From the NCBI GenBank assembly GCA_023819225.1, contig JAMWCZ010000001.1, forward strand, positions 1 to 44,811: DNA of 44,811 bases, written 5' to 3'. The notes beneath the pieces were generated by a model that saw only the letters and a program-made list of their open reading frames with translations, ran no database searches and was not told where the DNA came from. Numbering within the stretch: the first letter of the stretch is position 1; each line of letters starts with the position of its first letter. Shown here one piece after another: positions 22,091-29,595 of the stretch. The DNA is from Candidatus Omnitrophota bacterium. GTDB taxonomy: Bacteria; Ratteibacteria; UBA8468; B48-G9; JAFGKM01. A program made the position numbers and the translations under genes.

Positions 22091-22858
22091 ATGAGAAAGA
22101 TATTCATTGTAGTTACAGTACTGGTTGGAATAATATCTTCTCTGCAGGCAGAGGTAAATAAGGAAGAACTCTTCATCCGTATGTCTCAACAATATAGTGG
22201 TTTAGATAGTATAAGTGCAAAATATGTAATTAATATGCCGATGATGGGTAATATAATGAAGATGCCTGTGAATTTATGGCATAAAGGTAATAAGATGCGG
22301 ATGGATATGACAATGAGCCAGCCGGGAATGCCACAGCCGATGGAACAGAGTATGCTTATGGATGGACAGAAGATAATTCAGTATCAAAAGATGTTAAACA
22401 CAGTTATGACAATTGACCTTAATAAACTGCCTGAAAATATGAGGCAGCAGATGGGCAAGCAGCAGGTTTTTATGATGAATAGCGATGCAATAAACCAGAT
22501 TTCTAAATCACTTGATAAACTGACTGTTGAAGAAAGGGTTAGGGATGGGAAAGAGTTTTATCTCATCACAGTAACAGATATTGCAGGGATGGAAAATTTC
22601 TCTTCGGGTATGGGTATACAGGGCAACCAGAATATGTTTAAAAAAATTTTGGTATGGATAAATCCATCCTCTCTGTTTCCTGAAAAGATTGAATTATATG
22701 GAGAAACATCTACACCTGCTATGTGGATTGACGTACTGGATATTAAAACAGATATTATACCTGATTCTATTTTTAAACTTGATATTCCAGCAGATGCAAA
22801 GTATATAGATATGACAGAATCCGTTAAAGCAATGTTCGAATCTATGAAAACAAATTAG
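22091..22858 (+). CDS. secreted Met/Gln-rich protein of unknown function
   Basis: Signal peptide MRKIFIVVTVLVGIISSLQA and about 28 Met in 255 aa by hand count, concentrated in residues ~45-130 (MPMMGNIMKMP, MRMDMTMSQPGMPQPMEQSMLM). AAGGAGG SD. The tolQ ATG follows 2 nt after its stop. Confidence 0.6.
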   Translation: MRKIFIVVTVLVGIISSLQAEVNKEELFIRMSQQYSGLDSISAKYVINMPMMGNIMKMPVNLWHKGNKMRMDMTMSQPGMPQPMEQSMLMDGQKIIQYQKMLNTVMTIDLNKLPENMRQQMGKQQVFMMNSDAINQISKSLDKLTVEERVRDGKEFYLITVTDIAGMENFSSGMGIQGNQNMFKKILVWINPSSLFPEKIELYGETSTPAMWIDVLDIKTDIIPDSIFKLDIPADAKYIDMTESVKAMFESMKTN

Positions 22859-22860
22859 AA

Positions 22861-23475
22861 ATGGAAAATATCTGGATTGCATCATGGAAGCAGTCGGATG
22901 TAGTGGGACGGTTTATCATTGTTGTTCTTGTCTTGCTATCCCTCTATTCCTGGAAGATTATCCTTGAAAAGTTGTTTATTTTCAGGGATATAGAAAAGAA
23001 ACACAGAATATTTGAAAGGCAGATAAAAAAAGGTGGAAATATCCGGTTGTTAAATTGCCCTTTAAGTAATATCCTTAACTATGGCATTGAGGTCAGAGAC
23101 AGGGGAAATTTAGAAAACCTCCAGGTATATCTGGAAAAAGCATTTATTAGAGAAGCGGGTAAACTTGAAGTAAAACTTACAACACTTGCTACTACTGCTA
23201 CAATATCACCCTTTTTAGGACTTTTAGGAACTGTATGGGGGTTACTTTTATCCTTCCAGGGAATTGCAGCAGCAGGTTCCTCTTCTGTAAGATTTGTTGC
23301 GGGAGGTGTATTTACTGCACTTATAACAACTGTCGTAGGTCTAATTGTTGCTATCCCTGCAGCAATTGGTTATAACTATTATAAAGAGCGACTTAACCAT
23401 ATCCTTGAAAAGATGGAATTCCTTTTTCCTTATCTTATAGAATACTTAAAGTCATATTCTGACAGAAAAGGTTAA
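22861..23475 (+). CDS. tolQ: TolQ (MotA/TolQ/ExbB proton-channel family)
   Basis: Three TM helices, a TISPFLGLLGTVWGLL motif, and tolR/tolA/tolB downstream. Confidence 0.85.
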   Translation: MENIWIASWKQSDVVGRFIIVVLVLLSLYSWKIILEKLFIFRDIEKKHRIFERQIKKGGNIRLLNCPLSNILNYGIEVRDRGNLENLQVYLEKAFIREAGKLEVKLTTLATTATISPFLGLLGTVWGLLLSFQGIAAAGSSSVRFVAGGVFTALITTVVGLIVAIPAAIGYNYYKERLNHILEKMEFLFPYLIEYLKSYSDRKG

Positions 23476-23486
23476 AAAGGACAAAA

Positions 23487-23906
23487 ATGAACTCTATCAG
23501 AAAAAATAGTGAAGACCTTACCTTTTCCCGGGTTAATATAACTAATCTGGTTGATGTGGCACTGACACTTGTAATTATCCTGCTTATTATTTCTCCCTTT
23601 CTTGAACAGGGGATTGAGGTAAAACTACCAACCTCATCTCCGGGAAGAGTTCAGGTAGAAAATAGTACTATTATAACCATAGCACCAGGAGATGTATATT
23701 ATATAGACGACCGTAAGGTTACACTCAGAGAGATGTATAATATACTAAGAGAAAAGAAAAGAATTAATGAAAACCTTTCTGTTGTAATAAAAGGTGATGA
23801 ATCAGTCCTCTACAAAAATGTAGTAAAGGTGCTGGACATATCCAAAAAATGCAATATAGAAACAATAGGGCTAGCTACACAGGCAGAAATGGAACAAGTA
23901 AGATAG
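23487..23906 (+). CDS. tolR: TolR (ExbD/TolR family)
   Basis: Single N-terminal TM segment (NITNLVDVALTLVIILLI) and a periplasmic ExbD-type domain. Confidence 0.85.
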   Translation: MNSIRKNSEDLTFSRVNITNLVDVALTLVIILLIISPFLEQGIEVKLPTSSPGRVQVENSTIITIAPGDVYYIDDRKVTLREMYNILREKKRINENLSVVIKGDESVLYKNVVKVLDISKKCNIETIGLATQAEMEQVR

Positions 23907-24619
23907 GTAGGAAAAGCACAGGAATTTCCTTATTTCTGCATATGGTGGGTATATCTTTTTTGCTTATATCTCCGATAAAAAGACAGATTAGTAAAAATGA
24001 TGTATTTACCGTTTATATTATTGATATTCCTGTAATTCCTGCACCTCAAGTGATATCTCCCCCATCAGAAAAATTACCTGTTGAACCACAGTTAAAAATT
24101 CAGAAAAAAGAGCCGAAAGAAAAACATACTGCTGCAAAAGAACAAACGATAGAGAAACAGGAACCTATCCAGAAAGAAATCCCTGCTTTTTCTGCAGAGA
24201 AATTCAGAGAATCACTTCTTGCGAAAACAGAGATTACTAATAAAAAATCACCAAAAACAATTGAGTCAAAGGAACCTGTCAAAATAGAAAAGATAGAGAG
24301 AGAAACAATAGAAACACCAGAAATTAATATATCAAGTTTGATGAGTATTCCTGACTGGTATCTTTCAAACATCCATAAAAAAATAAAAGAAAACTGGAAG
24401 ACAGATAATATCATTGGACAGAGGACTGCTATCATCTCTTTTAGAATTTATAGGGACGGAAGGATAGAAAACATCTCTCTTGAGAAGAGTTCAGGTAATA
24501 CAAGATTTGACAGGTCTGTCATGGAAGCAGTTATATCAACAAAACAGGTGCAGCCATTCCCAGCAGAGATAACACACAACTATCTTGATATAATAATTGA
24601 CTTTAAAACGGAGGGTTAG
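23849..24619 (+). CDS. tolA: TolA-like protein (TonB/TolA C-terminal domain)
   Basis: One TM segment (GISLFLHMVGISFLLISPI), a Lys/Glu/Pro-rich linker and a C-terminal TonB_C-like domain. The start is uncertain. ATG 23849 overlaps tolR by 58 nt; ATG 23942 would truncate the TM helix. Confidence 0.65.
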   Translation: MQYRNNRASYTGRNGTSKIGRKSTGISLFLHMVGISFLLISPIKRQISKNDVFTVYIIDIPVIPAPQVISPPSEKLPVEPQLKIQKKEPKEKHTAAKEQTIEKQEPIQKEIPAFSAEKFRESLLAKTEITNKKSPKTIESKEPVKIEKIERETIETPEINISSLMSIPDWYLSNIHKKIKENWKTDNIIGQRTAIISFRIYRDGRIENISLEKSSGNTRFDRSVMEAVISTKQVQPFPAEITHNYLDIIIDFKTEG

Positions 24620-24622
24620 AAT

Positions 24623-25843
24623 ATGAGAAGATTCTTTTTCACAATCTGTTTACTGGTAATAACAGAAATTGCTTTTTCTTCTACTACTGTCTTTCTTCAG
24701 ATTACAAAAAACCTTCAGGAAAAAGCAGAGATTGTTTTACTTCTTGGAACAGAAAGAGATTCTTACTGGGAAAAGTTCCTCTCAACTCTGAAAAGGGACC
24801 TGACCTATTCAGGTTATTTCACTATTGATGATGCGATTTTTGTTGAAAGTCCTGATATAGCAAAAAAGAGATATGTCACACAGATTATATTTCAGGGAAT
24901 AAAAACCCCTGAAGGTATCAAAGTAGTGGTTGAAGATAATCTTGAAGAGAAAATACTTTTTGAAAAGGACTACAGGAAGACAGAAGATGCTTTATACCTT
25001 GCTCATACTGTTAACGATGACATAGTATTACATCTTACAGAAAAACCAGGGATTGCAAGAAGCAAGATATTATTTGTCTCTAATGCCACAGGAAAGTATG
25101 AAATTTACTGTATTGACTATGATGGAGAAAATCTTAAACAAATCACCAGCACTGACTATATGGTCCATTATCCAAGATGGTTAATACCTGACAGAGAAAT
25201 ACTCTATATATCTTATGAAGGTGGCTGGCCCAAACTTGTAAGGATGAATTTAAAAACAGGGGAAAAGAAGACAATCCTTGCTGAACCAGGACTTAATGCC
25301 TGCGCATCTCCATCTTTTAAAACAGGAGAAATTGCTGTTGTATTAAGCAGGAGTGGCAGACCTGATATCTATGTCGCTGATTTTAATGGAAGGATAAAAA
25401 AACAGATTACCTCATCTAACTCAACCGATGCATCTCCTTCATTTTCTCCTGACGGTAGTACAATCGCCTTTGTTTCAGACAGATATGGCTCCCCTCAGAT
25501 ATATACAATGACAAAGGAGGGACAGCGACTCAAAAGAATAAGTTTTCTTTCTGGATATTCAACATCTCCTGCATATTCCCCAGATGGAAACTATATCGCT
25601 TATGTATTTCAGAGAGATGGTTTTGGACTAGCGGTATATGAGGTCTCAACAGGTGAAACAAGAATAATCGGACAAGGACTTGGCTGTGAAGATATTTCCT
25701 GGGCACCTGATAGCAGACACCTTGTATATACAGACAGCCGTTCAAAGTCAGCATCTCTCATTATTCTGGATATTATAAGCGGTGAAAAAAGGATATTAAA
25801 CACAGGGAAAACAAATTCTTTCAGTCCCTCATGGAGTCAATAA
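24623..25843 (+). CDS. tolB: TolB periplasmic beta-propeller protein
   Basis: Signal peptide and repeated SPSFSPDGSTIAFVSDRYGSPQIY-type blades. Confidence 0.9.
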   Translation: MRRFFFTICLLVITEIAFSSTTVFLQITKNLQEKAEIVLLLGTERDSYWEKFLSTLKRDLTYSGYFTIDDAIFVESPDIAKKRYVTQIIFQGIKTPEGIKVVVEDNLEEKILFEKDYRKTEDALYLAHTVNDDIVLHLTEKPGIARSKILFVSNATGKYEIYCIDYDGENLKQITSTDYMVHYPRWLIPDREILYISYEGGWPKLVRMNLKTGEKKTILAEPGLNACASPSFKTGEIAVVLSRSGRPDIYVADFNGRIKKQITSSNSTDASPSFSPDGSTIAFVSDRYGSPQIYTMTKEGQRLKRISFLSGYSTSPAYSPDGNYIAYVFQRDGFGLAVYEVSTGETRIIGQGLGCEDISWAPDSRHLVYTDSRSKSASLIILDIISGEKRILNTGKTNSFSPSWSQ

Positions 25844-25853
25844 TATTAAAATC

Positions 25854-25928
25854 CAGAATTTGAGATACCTTAGGTAATACCTCCCACATCTTTGAAAAGT
25901 TAGAAGATTCTGTGCGGTGGCATTTATC
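25854..25928 (-). repeat. 75-bp array-end element, copy 1
   Basis: cagaatttgagataccttaggtaatacctcccacatctttgaaaagttagaagattctgtgcggtggcatttatc. Its reverse complement matches 41889..41962 with about 6 substitutions and 1 indel by hand alignment. It abuts repeat array B. Confidence 0.8.
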
Positions 25929-26380
25929 CCTCACCCTTACCCTTCATCCTCACCTTTATCATTCTCCTTCATATGGGGAGGAATTTAGGAATCTCCCCTC
26001 ACCTTTTATTCCTTCTCCCCACACTGTCCCCCTCTCCTTTTCCCTCTCCCCGCGTAGTGGGGAGAGGGTATGGGTGAGAGGCTTCCCTCGCCCCGCACAG
26101 CGGGGAGAGGGGTGCCGAGTAGAGGAATAAAGAGCATAGTTTGGCACGCCCGCCGAGTTGGTGAGGCGTGTGACCGAAGCCCGTAAGGGCAAGAAGGGTG
26201 AGGGGTGTAGGTCAGGTGCAACCTTTCCTATACCCTCCACCCCCACCTTTATCCTCCCCCTTCATATGGGGAGGAATTTAGGAATTTTTCCCTCGCCCCG
26301 CACAGCGGGGAGAGGGTATGGGTGAGGGGCTTCCCTCTCCCCGCGTAGTGGGGAGAGAGTATGGGTGAGGGGAGAGGAAG
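25929..26380 (-). repeat. GC-rich hairpin-unit repeat array B (tolB-pal intergenic)
   Basis: Clear units in reverse orientation (cttccctc[gt]ccccgc-N5-gGGGAGAGGGTATGGGTGAGGGG) at about 26039-26081, 26082-26205 (long form), 26287-26329 and 26330-26372. There are also degenerate C-rich stretches. A 42-bp module (cacctttatc...cttcatatggggaggaatttaggaat) is present twice, at 25951-25992 and 26244-26285. Confidence 0.85.
26102..26205 (-). repeat. long-form unit: hairpin unit carrying an ~83-bp structured insert (copy 1)
   Basis: GGGGAGAGGGG-tgccgagtagagg...ggcacgcccgccgagttggtgaggcgtgtgaccgaagcccgtaagggcaagaa-GGGTGAGGGG. Its reverse complement matches 30766..30869 with about 9 mismatches in 104 by hand alignment. 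Confidence 0.8.
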
Positions 26381-26411
26381 TGTCGCCTATGTGCCCTATC
26401 CGCGCGAATAC

Positions 26412-26439
26412 TTGACAATTTAAATAAGAATGTTATTCT
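26412..26439 (+). promoter_or_regulatory. candidate sigma70 promoter for the pal-like gene
   Basis: TTGACA (26412-26417), a 16-nt spacer, then TATTCT (26434-26439), immediately after array B. A GGAGG SD lies at 26481-26485 before ATG 26491. Confidence 0.35.
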
Positions 26440-26490
26440 ATAAACAGAAGAAACATTTCTTAACCCAGATAAATGGGAAAGGAGGGAGAG

Positions 26491-27171
26491 ATGGAAAAAG
26501 CAACAAAAATGTTGCTGGTGTTGATGGTAGCCTGCCTTACTCTGTCAGCAGGGAGGGTGATGGGGCAGACAATACCTGAAAAGTTCTCCTGGTATGGAGC
26601 ATCAGGAGCAGAAAAGGCACCGGTGTATGATGCAGAAAAAGGTGGATACTGGTGGATGCCCACACAGATTCCAGCAGGCATGGAAAACCAACAGTGGGGC
26701 AACAGGGGCTATGTCTTTGTAGGAGCAGCAAAAGAAAAGGTCATAGAACCGATTGTTAAGAAGATAGAACCACCTGTGAAAGTAGTAGAAAAAGTAAAAG
26801 TGGTAGAAAAACCGGTTGAAAAGATAGTGAAGGTACCGGGAAAGGTTTTAATACTTAATCTTCAAAATGTATATTTCAACTATGATAGCGCTGCAATTAC
26901 ACCTCTTGCTGCCCAGACAATTAAGGAAAATGCATCTGTCCTTAAGGTAAATCCTGGTATAAAGATAGTAATCGTAGGTTCTGCCTCACCAGAAGGTGCC
27001 ACTGACTATAACCTTAAACTTTCTGAGCGCAGGGTAAATGCCGTAAAAGATGCTTTGATAAAGGAAGGTATTACTGCAGATAGGTTGATTGTAAAAGCAG
27101 TTGGAGAGATTGAAATAGAAAAACCTTCCTGGCCGTTTGTAAGAAAGGTAAGTTTTGCAGTTGCTGAATAA
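26491..27171 (+). CDS. OmpA-family peptidoglycan-associated protein (Pal-like)
   Basis: C-terminal OmpA_C domain (VYFNYDSAAITP...IVGSASPEGATDYNLKLSERRVNAV) in the position expected for pal after tolB. Start re-picked at ATG 26491 (MEKATKMLLVLMVACLTLSA) behind GGAGG. Confidence 0.8.
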   Translation: MEKATKMLLVLMVACLTLSAGRVMGQTIPEKFSWYGASGAEKAPVYDAEKGGYWWMPTQIPAGMENQQWGNRGYVFVGAAKEKVIEPIVKKIEPPVKVVEKVKVVEKPVEKIVKVPGKVLILNLQNVYFNYDSAAITPLAAQTIKENASVLKVNPGIKIVIVGSASPEGATDYNLKLSERRVNAVKDALIKEGITADRLIVKAVGEIEIEKPSWPFVRKVSFAVAE

Positions 27172-27199
27172 AAATATATGTGAATGGAGATATGGACCA

Positions 27200-27649
27200 A
27201 TGAAAAAATTTATAGTTGGTTTGTTATTATTTAGTATCTTCTTAAGTGGTTGCTCAACTATCCAATCACTCTCTCCAGAAACAAAGAAGGGTGCTGCAAT
27301 AGGTGCGGTAGCAGGTGGAATATTAGGAGCACTTATTGATTCAAGCAAGCCATGGAGGGGTGCTGTTATTGGAGCTGCTGTTGGTGCAGCCGCAGGAGGG
27401 TGGGTCGGCTATAAGTTAGAAGGTAAAGAAGCAACTGCTAAAGCGGATGAAGATGTTGTAAGTAAAGCAGCCAAAGATGCTGCAACACTCAACTCCACTG
27501 TAAAATACTCAAGAGTCACTGAAACAGGTGTTACAGAAGAAATTATAGCCACACCTGGAGAGATGAAAGGTAATGTAAGAACAGTTACTGTTCAGTATTT
27601 CAGAAACGGCTCTCTGATATCTACAGAAACCCGCCAGATTGAGGTATAA
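27200..27649 (+). CDS. glycine-zipper lipoprotein
   Basis: MKKFIVGLLLFSIFLSGC lipobox, then GAAIGAVAGGILGALI...GAVIGAAVGAAAGGWVG glycine zippers. Start re-picked at ATG 27200. Confidence 0.65.
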   Translation: MKKFIVGLLLFSIFLSGCSTIQSLSPETKKGAAIGAVAGGILGALIDSSKPWRGAVIGAAVGAAAGGWVGYKLEGKEATAKADEDVVSKAAKDAATLNSTVKYSRVTETGVTEEIIATPGEMKGNVRTVTVQYFRNGSLISTETRQIEV

Positions 27650-27713
27650 TAACATAAGAGAGGCAGATATTAATAAAAAACATTATATCTGCTTCTCTTT
27701 TCATTTAATTAAA

Positions 27714-28862
27714 ATGAAAAACTCATTAAAACTTTTTAAAAAAATAAGAAGGCGTGCTATTCTTTTCCTTATTATAATAGGTCTATTAATCTTTTTTAAA
27801 AACCATATAATAAAAAATAAAGAGAGAAATAACATCCCCTTCTCTATTGAAGATGTCCGTTTTTTATTTCCTGAAGCAAAGTATTTAATTCCTGTAGAAG
27901 GTGGTCTGTATAAAGTAGTAACAGAACAGAAACATCTTGCTGGCTTTGTTTTATACGGTCCACCTGATAACAGTGGAATAAAGGGATACGCAGGAGAAGT
28001 TCCCTTTCTCATAAGTTTGGATATGGACTATCGTATAAAAATTTTTTATACGCTACCAAACAATGAGACACCTGGCTATTCTGCAAAAGTATATGAGAGG
28101 TTAAGAGATGTATGGAAAGGACTAAAACCAGAAGAAGCATATAAAAAACCTGTTGATACGGTGACAGGCGCAACTATGACAAGCAGGGCGTTAATAGAAG
28201 GTGTCAGAAAAACCCTTGGTGAAATTTCTAAACAAACCTATGATGTTTATATTCCTGTAAAGTTTTCTGCTTTCCATTTATGGATACAACTACTTACTAT
28301 ACTTTTTTTAATTTTTTCTGTTGTATATTTCTTCCTTCCATATACCTCTATATCTATGCAATTTATCATTAATGTTTTAAGTTTAATTATTCCCGGCTTT
28401 CTCTCTGCATCATTACTTTCTCTTGCCCTTTTTGAAGGATGGATAAAGGGATATTTTGCATTCCATGTTCACTGGCTTTTATTCATAATACTTCTTTTTG
28501 CATTTAGTATACCCTTAATCACAAAAAGGAACTTCTACTGTTATAACTTTTGTCCTTTTGGTTCAGCCCAGAGATTAATTGGTAAAATATATAAAAAGAA
28601 ATGGCACATTAATAGAAAGGTTCTTCTTTTATTACAGAGTATTCGCATTATCTTAATTATATTAGCATTGTTAATTATCATTGTTGATATTAATATTAGT
28701 CTCTCTCTTTTTGAACCATTTGAAATATTTCGGTGGAACTATACCTCCTGGATAAACCGTGTACTTGCTCTATTTTTCCTTCTACTCTCTTTCAAAATTC
28801 CAAACCCTTGGTGCCGTATATGTCCTACAGGAGGAATTATAGAAGGTATAAGAAGATTATAA
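27714..28862 (+). CDS. membrane redox protein: periplasmic FMN-binding domain fused to a NapH/NosR-like polytopic Cys-motif domain
   Basis: After the first TM helix, VDTVTGATMTSRA matches the flavinylation motif of NqrC/RnfG/NosR FMN_bind domains. The multi-TM C-terminal half carries CYNFCPFG (CX3CP) and WCRICPTGG. The track start 27639 is TTG; ATG 27714 (MKNSLKLFKK) was preferred. Confidence 0.7.
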   Translation: MKNSLKLFKKIRRRAILFLIIIGLLIFFKNHIIKNKERNNIPFSIEDVRFLFPEAKYLIPVEGGLYKVVTEQKHLAGFVLYGPPDNSGIKGYAGEVPFLISLDMDYRIKIFYTLPNNETPGYSAKVYERLRDVWKGLKPEEAYKKPVDTVTGATMTSRALIEGVRKTLGEISKQTYDVYIPVKFSAFHLWIQLLTILFLIFSVVYFFLPYTSISMQFIINVLSLIIPGFLSASLLSLALFEGWIKGYFAFHVHWLLFIILLFAFSIPLITKRNFYCYNFCPFGSAQRLIGKIYKKKWHINRKVLLLLQSIRIILIILALLIIIVDINISLSLFEPFEIFRWNYTSWINRVLALFFLLLSFKIPNPWCRICPTGGIIEGIRRL

Positions 28863-28914
28863 ACACTTTATACTTATACCAAGAAATTAACTGTTATTAT
28901 GATAAAATATAACT

Positions 28915-29595
28915 ATGAAAGAAAAGATAGCAATTCTTGAAGATGAAAAAGACATCCTTGAACTCATAGCACTCCATCTCGGGAAAGACGGCTACAGGGT
29001 GGAAAAGTTTTCTAAAGTTGATGATTTTTTCAAATCAGCCACAAAAGAATCATTTGACCTTCTCGTGCTTGACCTGATACTCCCGGATATGGACGGTATT
29101 GAAGTTTGCAAACAGATAAAAGCAAATCCTGAATTATCATCTTTGCCTATTATTATGGTCACAGCCAAAACCGAACTTGCAGATAAAATAGTTGGGCTTG
29201 AAGTCGGAGCAGATGATTACATAACAAAACCTTTCTCTCCAAAAGAACTTGTTGCAAGAGTTAAAGCGGTTCTCAGACGGTATTCACAAAAACCTGATGG
29301 AGATAAAATCGTCATTGGAAACATATTACGCATTGAACCTGCAAAACGCGAAGTATATGTTGAAGATAAAAAAATAGACCTGACTTTCGCAGAATTTGGA
29401 ATTCTTCAGATACTGGCTTCTAAAAAAGGATGGGTATTCTCAAGAGAAAAAATTATTGACATCCTCTGGGAAGGTGAAAAAGTCGTTATTGATAGAACTA
29501 TTGATGTCCATGTAAAAACCCTGCGTGAAAAATTAGGCAAGGCAAAGAAATTCATAAAGACCGTGCGGGGAGTGGGGTATAAGATAGAAGAATGA
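28915..29595 (+). CDS. phoB: OmpR/PhoB-family response regulator
   Basis: Receiver domain (DLLVLDLILPDMDG, KP motif) plus a winged-helix output (VRGVGYKI). It is paired with a PhoR-like kinase and lies next to the pst operon. The phoB assignment rests on context. Confidence 0.7.
   Translation: MKEKIAILEDEKDILELIALHLGKDGYRVEKFSKVDDFFKSATKESFDLLVLDLILPDMDGIEVCKQIKANPELSSLPIIMVTAKTELADKIVGLEVGADDYITKPFSPKELVARVKAVLRRYSQKPDGDKIVIGNILRIEPAKREVYVEDKKIDLTFAEFGILQILASKKGWVFSREKIIDILWEGEKVVIDRTIDVHVKTLREKLGKAKKFIKTVRGVGYKIEE

Noticed and set aside
23942-24619. Shorter TolA start at ATG 23942, which would avoid the 58-nt overlap with tolR
   Set aside because: It would begin in the middle of the only predicted TM helix (GISLFLH-MVGISFLLISPI). 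The longer form is kept, with the start flagged as uncertain.
25900-25930. Sigma54 promoter (TGGCAT) at the inner end of the 75-bp element
   Set aside because: The -12 GC element is absent at the required spacing, and the GG of the -24 element is not conserved in the second copy (TAGCAT at about 41895-41900).
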